A program made the translations under genes and the position numbers. From Paragordius varius (lineage: Eukaryota > Animalia > Nematomorpha), in NCBI GenBank assembly GCA_964247055.1, contig OZ176055.1, positions 7,254,001 through 7,318,000 of the forward strand: a stretch of DNA of 64,000 nucleotides, given 5' to 3'. A model generated the notes under the pieces. It made no database searches. It was not told the origin of the DNA and saw nothing but the letters and a program-made list of their open reading frames with translations. Positions 1 through 13,800 of this stretch are shown here, piece after piece (position 1 is the stretch's first letter; every line of letters starts with the position of its first letter).

Positions 1-1253
1 TTTTTTTATATACTAACAAATATAAAAAGAAATGGTTTACAGTAATTGTTAAAATTTAATATTAAGAATAATTTTTTAATCCATGTGGCATTTTGTTATC
101 CTTTTATAAGTTGTTTTACAACCATATAAAAAATAACATTTACATATATATTTAAATGTACATACATGTCCCTTTTCGGTACACATTATATTAACATTGC
201 AATATGTTCCCCTTCTCGCTACATATCTTATTAGAGAACTGGTAACATTGCATATGTGATGTGGCTACTTCGATAACTAATTTTTTAGGTTATATTTTTT
301 TTATAAAAAATTAACTTTTTATCAATTAATTAAGAAGATGTTTCAGAAAATTATAACTGATATCATATAAGACAATAAAAAAATATAAATGAATTTAACA
401 TATAAATCGCTTATGTGCGTATTGTATTAAACAAATTTAAATATTGATTTGATTATGCTGACTTTTTTATGAAAACATTATACTTCACCTACAATTAGTT
501 AAACTGAGAAATTTCAGAATGGTAAAATAATATCATTTATTTATTATAATTATTTTATGGTTCAAGTGGTAATTTATTTAAGCAAATATTTTTGACAATT
601 TTTTAATGTGTTCATAATATTTAAAAAAATGAATGTGCTGAATATTTTCAAGAATTTGAGTTCAGTTTTCAATCAATTCTTCCACATTGTTGAAATGGCA
701 TCTTTCCTGACTTTTTTTGATCTCTGGAGTCTGGGTTTTTAATGTGATCCCATAGTTTGAATCTGATGTTGATGACAAACTTACATCTATACTATCTTCT
801 TCAAAAAAACTATACATTAATTCTAAATATCTTCTTAAAAAATTGATAAAAACTTAATATTTTATACAAAAAATTATATCAAACTTATAAATTAATAATC
901 AAAGTATGCAGAACACATAACATACTGATTAATACCTAATTTTAGAAAAAAATGATATACCAAACCTAATTATTTATCAAAGTACCACCAATAGCGTTGT
1001 GCATTTGACTGCTTTTTAAAAAAGTCCGGTCTGACCCAGTCAGACCATGGTCATGACCACGGTCATGATCACTTTTTACTTAAGTAAATATCATGCAATA
1101 TTGGATTCTGAAAATAATGTTCGAGCGACACCTGGTTTTAATAATGTCGTGTTTTTTCTTAAAAGTTTGTATTGTACATTTTTTTATTTATTATTTACAA
1201 ATATTTTAAATCAAATTTAATCAATTTTGTTTTCAATGCCATATGTTGACCTT

Positions 1254-1332
1254 GAAAATGCAAAAAACTCGAGTGGCAGAAAAATTTGTTGTTCAGTGCT
1301 ATAAATGGGTTGTAAGTGTTAAGCATATTTTT
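1254..1332 (+). repeat. Dispersed repeat, second copy at 62574-62642
   Basis: gaaaatgc..aaaactcgagt.gcagaaaaa.ttgttgt in both. Confidence 0.65.
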
Positions 1333-3405
1333 ATTCCCCGGATTTTAGCACTGTAAAAACATTAAGCGCGGTTATTGTGACTCTTGGTAATTATACCAAA
1401 AGAGTATGAGGTTTAATGATCCTTTAATACATCTGATTGTCATTAGACAAATATCAGATTCTCGAGTGTTAATTCTATACTTTAAAACTATTTCACTCCA
1501 CTTGTCGACTTTAGATTTTTCTAAATATATATTGAAAAAATATATTCATTAACCTATAACTTCATATTTTCACTATAGATATTGCGTTTTTATTTGCTAA
1601 ATATAATATATATGTTAAAAAATTAGAATCGATTGGGTTATAATAATGTTTTATCAGCCGTTTTTTGATTAGGGTTTTAATTATAGGCCGCAAATACACA
1701 ATGTAAATAATCCTTATTCTTGCAGTGTACTACCAGATAGTCATAAATTACCGGATCTATGAGAAGACGTCGGCGAAAGTTAGTCTGACGATTAATTTAA
1801 TACACACCTTAATTCGCAAACACATCACATGAGAAACACACGCAATTTTAGCTCGCTAAAGTTGTTTTTATTATTCAGTAATTATGTCGCGTTAGTTCCT
1901 AAAAAGCATTTGCACCACCCATTGCTATCAGAAAAAAACGGTCTTTAAGCGTTATCGTTTTCTGGTAGAAAATATGAAAAGTTGTGATTTCATGTGAAAG
2001 AGTGTGGGCGCTAGTAGACCACACGACTGCGCAACAATTGGCAGACGCACTATGTTTCACAAAAATACAATGAATACATATGCAATGGGAAGGTCTAATC
2101 AAATGTTAAATAGGTCTTACACAATTAGAATGAACGTCAAATCGAAAATCGGAAAATGACTTTTAAATTCTTCAACGTCATAATTAATTTTCGCATCGTA
2201 CGGGACGGGTGATGAGAAACAGTTTTATTTTTTATGTTGTAGCAAAAAAATCGTGGCTTTCATCATGCCAAGCAGTTTCATCCACAATAAGGCATTTACG
2301 CTTCGGCAAATCTCTGTGTCTTCTGGAACTAGAGCTGTATTGTGAATTGAAAACTTTTGTCCCGTAACAATGTTAAACAACACTATCGCTAACTAATAGC
2401 TAATTAAACCATGCATTAAAGAAGAATGAGCCAAATATTTGACAAAACGAATCTGCTGCATGACAATGGTTCGACTCGCAGAGCAAAACCGGTAGATAAT
2501 TTGAATTCGCTTCGATGTAAAATTTTTTCCGTATCCGCATAATATTACATGGAAATGTGTGTATGTGTGTGTGTGGGTGTGTGTGTAGAAGCCGTTATAA
2601 ATTATTTTGGAGAAAATAATCAACATTTCCTCTCAAAACTCCAGTTACTAAAAAACAGCTAAAAATTTATGGCTACATCTTTAATAATTAAACTTTATAA
2701 TCTTTCTACCTTTTTCTCTGCGATAACATACTGGGGTAGTTTTATATTCTAGAGCTCAATCTTGTAAAAAAACTACTATTTGACGTATTGTAGGTAAATA
2801 TTTGTTATTAAACATTGTTTCCACTATTAAATAAAAACAATTAAATACAGGCCTAAGACTTCTCGAGCCTAAAATTGGGGCAGCTCCAAAACAAGACTGA
2901 GCTAAACAGCTGATAACATAATGAATAATTATCAAGTTTTTTCCAGGAAAATGCAGCCTGAAAGCTACGCAACATATTACATCTTCTAACTATAATATGG
3001 ATTTATTTGCCTATTTTTTGAACGATTTTTAAAACTTAAAAAATAAAGAGGGTTTTTACAATTTAACATTTATTAAAATATTTATTATGCGATTGAAATC
3101 ATAAGTAGGGCATATTTTTGACCCAGCATTTTAAATATTATTTAAATCAATAAAATTTCAAATTCTAATAAAAACCACAGGATATAAAGACCCCAAACGA
3201 TTTTTGTATTTAATTTTTTTAAACTTAAGCCTTTGAGATTACTTCATAATGCTAGCTCAATATATATTCAAAAATTATTATTGCTTTTAAAAGCATTATC
3301 TATTTTTTTAGTTAATTTGTGCAAAAATAAAATATGTGGGCATAAATTTTAGCTAAAATATACATTCACTAATCAGGCTTTTTTAAGTGCACACGCTACA
3401 CTATT

Positions 3406-6400
3406 ATGACACTACCCATCAAGAAAAAGAGCAACAAGAATCCCTCGTTTTTTAGCCATGAATTTGTAATTCAAAATCATGCTGATATATTGTCTTGTGT
3501 TCTTATGATATTTATAGTGGCTCTGTATTTTCAAGTATTTTAAAATTAAATTTTAGGTATCTAAACCTTTTGGATCAACTTTTGTTGCCCTTAATCATAA
3601 TATGACTGTAAATGTTACTCAAGACGGTGAAACGTTTGAAGATTATTATTCCAATTATACGACGGGCATGAAAGATACTTGTTTTGTCTTCTTTTATCTT
3701 ATAACTTTTATAATTTATCATGCTGTTATTCAGGAGTACATTCTTGATGTAAGAATTTATGTAAATATGTTTTTTAGAAATCGAATAAGAAACTTCATTT
3801 ATCAAAAGTGAAAACTAGCAAATTTAATGAATCGGGGGGATTGTTGGCATTTTATTTACCTTTCCTTGCCTTTGCAATTTATCTCATATCTCAAGTTTGC
3901 ACACCAATCTTTTTTATATATAATAAAATTTTTATTTTATAAGTTAATTACAATAGATTTCACAAAGTTTGGATCATAAAAACTTTTTTTATTTTAAGTT
4001 TTTGCAATTTTAATAGAGTTGCCAATTTTTGGTTTTTTTAATCTCTCACAAATTTAGATTTGCCGAATATTTTTTGGATTTCCACATTAAATTAAATATA
4101 ATATGTTTAGGGTTTTGTTAAGCGCCTATCTGATCTCTGGAGCCATTATCCAACGCTTATATTACCCTGGAATGCTAAATTATTCTTTCTTCTACAAGTA
4201 ACAAATTTTTATTTAAAATATAAAATTTTATTTTATAGATTATTATTTATCACTATTTTATGTTTTATAGATTGCGGCTTGGTTACACTTTTTACCCGAA
4301 TTGTATTTCCAAAAAATACCGAAAGTATAATTAACATTTTTTTTATTAATTAATAAATTTAATTTTCGAATAATATTTTGTTAATCATTAGGATGAATGG
4401 GATGCCCGTTGTCTTTATATAGCTCTCTATGCCATTTTCATAAGCGCTGCTTATATATTGAAGTAATTAATATTTATTGTTTATATAAAGTTTTTTGACT
4501 TAATATATCATTTTTATTACAATTTATAATTTCAAACATCAAATATTGATATTTTCTGTATAAAATACTGTATTTATACAATTTATAAATTCAAAATTGA
4601 TATTTTCTGTATTTAAATGTAAAATATATGCATTTATATTTAAATTTTACCTATTATTTCTCTTTATAACATTAAAGGGTTAAAATCTTTTATGTCTGAT
4701 TCACATTTAATTTTTTTTTAGATAAAATATATTAATAATCTTTATGGCGTGTTTAGTTTCACAAAGCTTGGACTTATTCTCATTATACTGCAATACTTTG
4801 AACAAAGTTTATATCACATGGCTCGTATCCTTTATTTTGCTGGGAAGGAAAAATTTGCCAAATATAGGTAACGCTTTTATCTAAAAACATACAGTAAAAA
4901 TTAAAAAAAGCTTAAAAAGTTTAAGGACATTTTTCCAAAATATATTATGTTTTTTCTTAAAACCTATCGTTTCGAGTCAAATAAAAAAAATAGTAAAATT
5001 GGTAATATATACATATATATATATTTACCAATTTAGTTGTTTCATTATAACCTTTTTTTTACTGGAGATACTTTTTTTACTAAAATATATCGTTAAAATC
5101 CCAAAAATATTTTTTAAATCTTCTATAATATATTGTTCGCATTTTTTAGTTAATTTTTTATATTAGCTTTATGGTTTGGGATGGTGTATTTATTATAACG
5201 CGCTTTTTAACCGTCATGCTTGTTATCCTTTGTAACCAATTTTTGGCGAAGAGTGCTGTGTCACATATTGATTGGGGCCGAGGGAATTTTAATGTCACTT
5301 TATTAAGGTATTATTTTTTTGCGCATTTGCTAAAATAAAAGTTGAGTTTTTAATCCTTACAATATTTTAAAGATTTTATACTGTGGAAACCATTAATCAA
5401 AAAGGGCAATTGTTTAACAAAAATAATTGCTGTTTTTATCAATGTTAGATGTGATTTAAATAAGAACTAGCTTTAATTTTAGCTGTAAAATTAAATAAAA
5501 ACGATATTTTGCAAAAATGATGTAAAATAAGAATGGCCTCGAAGTAGTTTAATATGAAACTTTTTTTCACACTCAGTTTTATTTAAATATATTAAAGATT
5601 TCATACAGTGAAAATTAATAATCAAAAAGAGCAATTCTTTAACCGAAAAAATTGTAGGTAGAAAATAACCGTTTTTTAAAATTGCATTTAAGTTAGATGA
5701 TTTTGTTCTTTATTTAAGATTTTAAATGAATCTGAATATTTACCAAAAATACATATAAATAATAAGCTTTTGTTATACGCCTTTTTTAACATTCTACAGA
5801 AATATTATCAATTTACCAGATAAAACAATTGCAAAATTAATTTGCAGCAGAGAAATATCTTTAAAACCACAATTTCAAAACTGCTCCCCAAAAAGCTAAT
5901 CGTTTTTTTGCTTCCAATCTTTCCTGTTTACGATATTTTAAAGCATAGTTTCACATATCTATGATTTAGATTACCATTGATGGGTATTTTTGGGTTTTTA
6001 CAAGTCTGGATGGTTTCCAAATTTTTCACTTTTTACTTTAAACGTATGCGTGAAAATAACCAATTATTGATATCATCATCATCAACAAGTTCGAAACATT
6101 ACTCCATGTTAAATGCGAATAGTTCTGGAACCGGTTCTGTTACTAAAGGGAAAAAAATCAAGTCCAACAACACACCAAATATGTTTTCTTGGCTAACGTC
6201 AACACTTTTTCCTTCGCCTCAAAGTATGACACTATTTTTATTTAATGATTTTTTGAAATCTTATAAATTATATATTTAATTTTGTGAAAAACACAAAATG
6301 TTTATATCATTTAAAGTTATTCCAAAAAATAATTGATATTTGCGATGTAAAAAAGTAGATTTATTTATTCAAAGCATTTGAAATATAATTATATTATCTC

Positions 6401-7666
6401 AACTATTCAGGAAAATAACAGTCAGATGTTTTTAGAAATAAGAACAAAAAATTGTCTTTAATTGCAAAAATAGCCCGCATTAAGGTTTGATTAGTTAAAT
6501 TTGATAACATTAAAATTTACAATATAGAAAGCAGTGGACCTGGAAAACGCCTTCAAGACTCTAATACAGCTAAATTGAAGCAGACGGCTAAAACTCCGGG
6601 TATGTGAGACTTTCTCTTTTTTATTCAAACAATTTTTACATCGAATTTGACGGCGTTTATACATAATTTTAGAAATAATGTAAAATAAAATACATTAGCT
6701 ATTTCACTGGAGGAAACAGGCTTGTAAATACTATCATATTTTAATCCTTTCAATATAATTATATGAATATAGCTGTGAAATATAAAGTTTTGAATTTTTT
6801 ACAGCATACTTGATTTTACAATCATTATAACCGTTGTAGTTGTAATTAGAAAATATTCAAAAAGGTGCTTTCAAAAATATACAGTTATTGAAATTTTACG
6901 GACAAAACATAAAAAAATAAAGACAAATATTATTTTATAAAAGACAAACAATACTTTTTAAAACGATAATTTTCCTATATAATATTACAATTCTGAAATT
7001 TATATTTTATATTCTATTTCACACTTTGCAATTTGTAACAATGATTTATATTTGTCTATCTTTTTATATTTTGTCCGTATAATATTAATTTTTACTGTAT
7101 CTATTTTTTTTCATTTATAGCATCATCCAATGTTAATAATTATCATGGATCTTCTTCTCAAGTCGATTCCGCAGGTTTAAAGAAACGGACCAAAGATAAC
7201 TCTTCAAAAACCAATGGAACTCCAAATACTCCTACTTCTGCAACGGGAAAACATAGTTTGCAAATATCTTTTTTAAATTAATACTTTTGTGATGTTTTAT
7301 ATTATTTTCAAATATCTTTAAACGCCTTTTTAAAGTTTTTAAAAATCTTTAAATTGTTTAAACATAGCCAACAATTGTATTATATTATTATTTCTAAGCT
7401 AATTACATTATCACTCATTAAACCGAAAATTGATGTTTAAAAACGTTTTAAACTAAAAACTATGAAGACACTTTCTTTTAAAACTGATATTAGCGGTATT
7501 TAATATGTCTATAAAATCATGAATAAAACTTTTTTGGTATTATTTTATAGTAGAAAAATTTGAAATTTTTATTTGTAAAAGTTACTTTTTAATTGTTTTA
7601 GATAAAACAGTAAATGGTACTGGAATGAATTCTACAAACACGCGATCCGCCAAAAAAGTTAAATAA
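3406..7666 (+). CDS. TRAM1: Translocating chain-associated membrane protein (TRAM1/2 family, TLC domain), 12 exons
   Basis: Exons 3406-3534, 3557-3748, 3778-3894, 4111-4197, 4271-4324, 4392-4462, 4757-4867, 5167-5307, 5970-6223, 6528-6599, 7121-7255, 7602-7666; all GT-AG and in phase. Family motifs SHEFVIQNHADILSC, HAVIQEYILD, SKFNESG, WLHFLPELYFQK, GNFNV. The last three low-complexity exons rest on phase and splice sites only. Confidence 0.93.
5439..5568 (+). repeat. Dispersed repeat, second copy at 23645-23770
   Basis: tcaatgttagatgt.atttaaataa...acgatattttgcaaaaa...gtaaaataa.aatggc.tcgaag.agtt..a.atgaaactttttt in both places. Confidence 0.75.
6882..7097. mobile_element. Tc1/mariner-like MITE (TA|CAGT...ACTG|TA) in TRAM intron 10
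   Basis: About 45-bp imperfect TIRs containing tacggacaaaa and ttttgtccgta; a partial second copy starts at 55042. Confidence 0.65.
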
Positions 7667-8098
7667 ACTTTAAAATGACTTCTCTCTAAATGAATCATAC
7701 TGACATTTAATTTGTTCTTATAATATATGTTTTATAAAATATAATAATTTATTTTTTAAGCCAAATGTTTTATACTTTAAATAATGCTACTGAACAAATA
7801 ATATATGTATTGGGAAACATTTTATTTATACTCTTTATAATTAGTTTAGTGACATTCACCAAATTTAAATGCATCTTTTTGACAATTTTTTTAATGTACA
7901 TTATTCTATTATCCATATTATTTTTTTAAAATTTTTTTATGTATGATATGTTATGTGCCTAGAAAAAATCATATTCTTTTTTATGATGTTGCGTAGTTTT
8001 CGTTCGTTTTTATGTAACTCTATACCAACCTAATTATCTTTATCACTAAATAAATTGAATAATTTATTACAATATTTGGAATATATTTCATTCGAGAG

Positions 8099-8424
8099 CT
8101 GAGGTGTCCGACACAAATTGCTTCGCGGGCCACATTTCTGACTCAAAAAACAGGCGGGGTGCATTCGAAAAATTTATAGACATTTATAGGTATTTGATTA
8201 GATTTCAAACATAAGACACTGTAAAATAAAATGACCATGAAAATATAAATTTTATTTGATACACCAATTTTTGCTAGTTCGTTGCCAAAACTTAAAAAGA
8301 CTTAAATTTATTGAAATATCAATATATTTTTGCAAATCATTGAATTTCAGTTATATTTGGTGATTTTTGAAATTGATTGCGGGTCACGCATACTATCACG
8401 AAAGTCGAATGTTGGACAACCCTA
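8099..8424 (-). mobile_element. hAT-type MITE, same family, inverted
   Basis: gaggtgtccgacacaaattgcttcgcgggccacatt is the reverse complement of the 48232-48267 end; the other end reads gttggacaaccct. Confidence 0.75.
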
Positions 8425-8703
8425 CTTCAAAGAAATCGATCGATTTGATAGACTTATATGGATATAATATTACCGGAAAATGTATTCCAAATATTTTAGG
8501 ATTATTTTAATATTATTGCTTATACAATGCTTTAATATATTATTTTGTCTTTTTGATTATAATCTATGATTGCAGAATTTTTTCTTGGCTCAAAGTTCAA
8601 AATTTAAATATTGTAATTTAATACATAATTAAATAATCTTCAAACGTTTTTCTATATAAATCTTTTTAAATTATTTATAATTATTTGAAAAATTAGATTT
8701 TTA

Positions 8704-9660
8704 CCTTTATCAACCTTTAAGGGTGTTTTCTCCCAACAAGAGGTAACCCTTTGGATAGCCCTACGCCATAAAGCATCTGTCCTGTGCATCTTCCATTTTC
8801 AGATTTAAAATAGCTAGATCTTTTCCACAATAAAACGTCAGCTTTTCAATGAATGTCCTTTACGATTAGAAAACTTTTTGAAAAATTGACCATGCGGTAT
8901 GGCCAACTTTCATGTGGGCGTCGGTGAACATGTCCCGCAAATGACGATTTGTGCAACAGTCGATAAGTGGAATCATTTGTAGGACAGTATATGGATCAAT
9001 TATTGTTGTAGTTATAGAGGTTTGGGTTTGTTGCATAAAGTATAATTTTTTTAATTCTCGTTTCCGCTTATTGTAACTTAAGTGAATTTGTTTTGGTTAA
9101 AGTTATAGCTTCTGTTGCGTAAATAACGGGTCGTATGGTGGTGGTGTACATAGTCGATTTGGATATGAGAAATGAATTTATTGTTTGGAATACTTTTGAG
9201 TTGGTGGTATATTTTGACCAGGCAATTTTATTCGGTTATTTATAGTAAGTTCAAGGCCTCCACCAGCTATTATAATGTCACCCAAATATGTAAAACTTTG
9301 TACCGTTTCATAGGTTCTTCATTGCGTATAGTTAGTGGAGGTTGGATTGGGCGTGCTGCAATCGGTGCATATAAAATCGTGATGTAATCGATTCCCGCTG
9401 AGAGCATTTTTGTGGACCCATTTTTCACATTTGATACATTGGATTGCTTTGGTTTTGAATTCTTTACTTCACATGAACAAGGCCATCTAATGGGATTTAT
9501 TTATTATTATCATTCATTAATTTTGTTTTTGATACATTAAGCTTAAGGCCAAACGTCTCTAGCCGTTCTTTCATTCTCGTCAGATTTGTGTATAATTGCA
9601 CTTCACTGTTTGCCATTAATACCAAGTCGTCGGCAGGATGTTGTATGGTAACGTCCATTA
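8704..9660 (-). mobile_element. Decayed RTE-type non-LTR retrotransposon, RT C-terminal half to 3' end
   Basis: Minus-strand translation gives PADDLVLMA...GLKLNVSKTK, KAIQCIKCEKWVHK, ETVQSFTYLGDII, GHVHRRP and EKDLAILNLKMEDAQDR, with stops and frameshifts. Confidence 0.85.
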
Positions 9661-9671
9661 CAAAGTTGGCT

Positions 9672-9805
9672 TTCTATTGTGAAAAACGATCTGGCTATTT
9701 TAAACCTGAAAATTGAAGATGCGCAAGACCGATGCTTATGGCGTAAATCTATCCGAAGGGTTACCTCCTTGTTGGGAGAAAAAATCCCTTAAAGATTGAT
9801 AAAGG
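9672..9805 (+). mobile_element. 3' terminal fragment of the same RTE family, opposite orientation
   Basis: Aligns by eye with the reverse complement of 8704-8835 (ctatttaaa.ctgaaaat.gaagatgc.ca.gac.gatgctt...agggttacctc...ttgttgggagaaaa...ccttaaag.ttgataaagg). Confidence 0.8.
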
Positions 9806-10299
9806 TTGTTAAGGATAAGATCATAACTCATAGTGTTGTCTGGTAGCCTGATAATTTGTTTTGATAAAATCGAAGTTGAGTCTTTGTTTGATCTGTATAG
9901 GGATTGTAATTTAATATGAGCATCTTTCAAACCTTCTACATGACTCTTTTTACTTATTATTTCCTTATTGTTTTGCGACATCTTTTCTTTTCAAAAAAAT
10001 ATTCTAATTTGGGTTCGGCTGTTTTTTTAACTTTCCAATACTAAAAAGATAAATTTTTTTATCTAACACAATCCTTAGTCCCACCACCATTTAAACCTGG
10101 TTAACCTTTTGTCCTCCAGCCTTTTATAATGATTCAACACATAATTATTTGAAAGTGCTCCAGTTAATAGAGTCGAAATTAGAGACCTTATCTGATCCAA
10201 CTTTTTATAGGCTTCTATGGTAGATGGATGTTTTAGTTTGTTATGACGGAGTTTTAATACTGTGATAGATGGGTGATTTGAGAGGGTTGCGATTACCAA
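9806..10299 (-). mobile_element. LINE ORF2 fragment (endonuclease-RT linker), probably RTE
   Basis: ORFs 10299-10075 (SNHPSITVLKL...FKWWWD) and 9981-9736; the latter is an inverted diverged copy of 10325-10495. Confidence 0.65.
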
Positions 10300-10324
10300 C
10301 TTGTGTTGCGATTGTAGTTAGAAA

Positions 10325-10768
10325 CAAAACAATAAGAGAAATGATAAGTAAAAAGGGTCGTAAAGAAGGTTTAAAATGAATGCTCAAATTAAATCACAAT
10401 CCATATGCAAATCAATCAAAGACTCATCTTTTCTTTTATTAAAACAAGCCATCAGGCTACTAGACAACACTATCAGTTATGATCCTATCGTTATAAAACA
10501 AACTTGGAGGAATTATTTCTACAAAATATTCAACAATGATAATAATAATGTTTTTATACCATGTTCTACGCCTGTACTAAATTGTGCTGAACAGTTTACG
10601 GAGGATAATATTGAAAAAGCGATTTGTTACATGAAAAAAACAGTTTCTGGACCCTCTGAATTTACGATAGAATTTATTTGCGCTTTAGATTCAAAACTTA
10701 TCACACCGATACTGAGTAATATATTTGATAAAAAAAAATATTTAAGCCCTCTGCACTTTAATTCATAA
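10325..10768 (+). mobile_element. LINE ORF2 fragment (pre-RT linker), probably RTE
   Basis: TWRNYFYKIFN and FTEDNIEKAICYMKKTVSGPSEFTIEFI match the RW..YF..LLN and EV..AI..MK..K.PGPDG pattern just before LINE RT domains. Confidence 0.7.
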
Positions 10769-10846
10769 TACTGGGTCTATCAATTTTCTTTACAATTTAT
10801 TTGGCCCTTGATTATGTATTTATAAATATTTAGTTATTAAATATTA

Positions 10847-13800
10847 TTATACATAATTTTGCGTTTCCATATATTTTTCCATAAATAGGCTAGTAAATAG
10901 AGTTAAATAGGAATCTTCCTTCATTTTAGCCATTATCATCAAATCTTGATACATTTTCTATCAAAATGGGAATTAAACATAAATTTATTGCGAAATAATA
11001 TAAATAATGCGTTTCATCATTTTTATTGAATCATAAATTGTCAACCCGATAATTTGAACTTAACATTTAATTGTGACGAAAAAATCATAAGCTTAAATAT
11101 TTATAAACAAAGCATCGAATTTAGTCATATATTAAACCGCAAAATTTTGTGCAATCAAATTTGATAACATATAAAAATATATACCTCAGCTCCACTGAAA
11201 TTTACAATACCGATTGCACTAACGCTTATAACTCGATTATTAATACGTTTTCCCTTATTTGGTCCCAATTGAATTCGATCGACCTGAGTAGAGGTTTTAC
11301 ATTGTAGGAGCGACAAATTTTTTATACCCTGACTTAAATTTGCTGTGTCATTTCCATTTTTATCAATTTCCAATGGTTTTATCGTTTTTTGGAATGCTAA
11401 ATCATTTGAGATTTTATAGAGGTATTTCGGTAATTTTTTTCGGCTCACTGAAAAGAGGTATGGAATTTTGTATTGTAACGCCGTGTAAATTGTTGAAAGA
11501 ATTAATTCACATAAGGAATCTTTGGTTTTTTGTCGATAAGAAAAATATAGAATAAAACGTCAAAAAGGTTAAAATTTAAACAAAATATATCTAGATTTTA
11601 ATAAAAATAAAACTTTAATTAAAAAAAGTAAACTAGACACCTTTTCTTAGGAGTGAAAATTCAAGATCTGGCGCTATAATGAGACAACACAATTTTCCCA
11701 ATTCCATCCATTTGCAACAATCCTTGAAACCATAAACGAGTCTGCGTTTATCTTTGGCCAAAAGAAATTTCTAAAAGATTCATTGACAATATATATTACA
11801 ATTAATAATTAGAATATTATAATTTAAGGATAATAACTTTACTAAAATGATGAATTTAATTAATAATTTGAATGAATAAAAACTAATTCATATTATCAAA
11901 ATTTTTAAAGTATGGGTGTTATATAGGCTTTTAAGGTACCCAAAAGCGGTAAATTTGCAAAAACTCGCTGGAATCCCAATAATATATAAATTATGTTAAT
12001 ATGTTTGACTTTTACTGATCAATCGAAATAAAAAAGAACGTACGGTTTTATAACCTATAAATGCTTATTAATCGACTTTTATTTTAAAATATTTATTGAA
12101 CGAGAAAGGCAAATAATATTATACTGCTTTAGTGAGTTGAAAAAAAGATTAGCTAAATAATTGAATTTACATTAGGATCAGGTGATTCCAGCACTTTCCG
12201 TTGATAATAATTATATAGGGTTTGTAAGAGTTCGCAAGTTTTTGTTTCAAACTCTGCATCATACATTTGTGTACAATATCTAAATATTTTAATTTTGCAG
12301 AAAAAGTCATAAAATTAACCAGATAAGTTTTTCAAATACATCAATTGACTAAGATATTATAAATTTATGTGAGTTTGTATGTGTAAAACTAATTGTATTG
12401 ATAAAATTTACCATTAATTAGATGTAATTACCAATATGAAACTTTAATCCTTATACCTAAAAAAGATAGGTTAAATCTTTTACATCAACATTTTCCCAAC
12501 TTAATTTACCTTTTTTATATGTAGAGTTTAAATAATTGAATAAAAAATAGGGTATTACTCTTTTTGTTTTGGTGAAATTAATCCCTTTTCCTTCAATTCC
12601 GCCAAAGCCATTAACATTAAATTATAAAATTCTTGGGAAACATTTAAGTTAGTCATATTTCCATCATTTAAAGCCAAGGTTTCATTTTCAAGTTTTTTTA
12701 CCTTCATAATCCATTCTTTAACATTAACATTCCACCATTGTTCAAAGGTAAAAACTCCCTTAAGACTAAAGATATGCAATTAAAAAAAAAATTATTAAAA
12801 TGAAATCAAATTAAAAATTATATAAATAAACGTTTAATATCAAAATAAAATATTCGCCTTACATTACATATGAATTTTTTAATTAATGATTGATTTTGAA
12901 TTATTTTTTGTCCCACAACTGTAAAAAATAATTATTTAGTTAGTTAATAATTTAGTAAGATCAATGATTATCACAAGAAAAATATGTCAAATTTGTAAGT
13001 AGTTATAACAGAAAGTATTCATCAGGGTCTTATATGGTATATTTATTACATATTTTAACCATGCGCTAATCATTTTTGGATAATCATTTGTTTTTTCGTG
13101 ATAATCATTTATTATATTACTAAATAAGTCAAATTTCATTTTACAGTTTTTATTTTACAATCTAAATTAGTGATACTCAAACCACAGCTTAAAAGTGAAT
13201 TTTTATGGCCCTGAATTATTTATTGATAATTTTTCATATTTTTATTTTTAGTATAAACATCAGCAAATGGTAAAACAGCTATGATCGGTAGTAAGGTAAG
13301 GTCCTTGAGAAAAGAAAAATATTTTTTGGCCCTTTAAATTTTTTTAGCAATGACCACAGGTCTAAATAACAAAAGCAGTAACCAAAAAATATTTTTAAAG
13401 CAATAATTAGCGGATTGCTGCCAAATTATATAAAATAAATGGATGATTATGATTTAGAAATGTAAAATTTATTTATCATACAATATATATTTATAAAACT
13501 ATTTAGCGTTTAAACAAAATTCCAGAAACAAAATTGTGCTGATTATAAAGATTTGAGTAATTTTAATTTACATTTTTTTATGACCAAAGCTACATAGTAT
13601 ACAATTTTTACAAAATACTCCAAAGCTAAAAATATTTTACAGAAAAAATTATTAAATACCCAAATTGAATGAGGTTAGCCTTTAAAATATGGTAAAGTTG
13701 TTCATGACATTTCCATAAGAAGGGGCCGAATGCTGGTAAATGTTTGCTACATAACTGAGCAAATGCTTTAATTTTTCTTTGTTTGAGAATTGAATCGACA

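Noticed and set aside
662-809. 48-codon minus-strand frame with an acceptor and a stop
   Set aside because: No homology or matching upstream exon; frames of this length arise by chance here.
2468-2478. ggttcgactcg, B-box or T-loop like
   Set aside because: No A-box or cloverleaf.
1899-2626. GC-richer region with LIVDE and IHCI on the minus strand, suggesting a hAT transposase
   Set aside because: Motif spacing is too short, frames are discontinuous and no TIRs were found; it may be an old repeat but cannot be called.
10770-10846. SECIS in the SBP2 3' UTR
   Set aside because: No AUGA/GA quartet with an AA apical loop in a stem; LINE sequence starts within about 80 bp.
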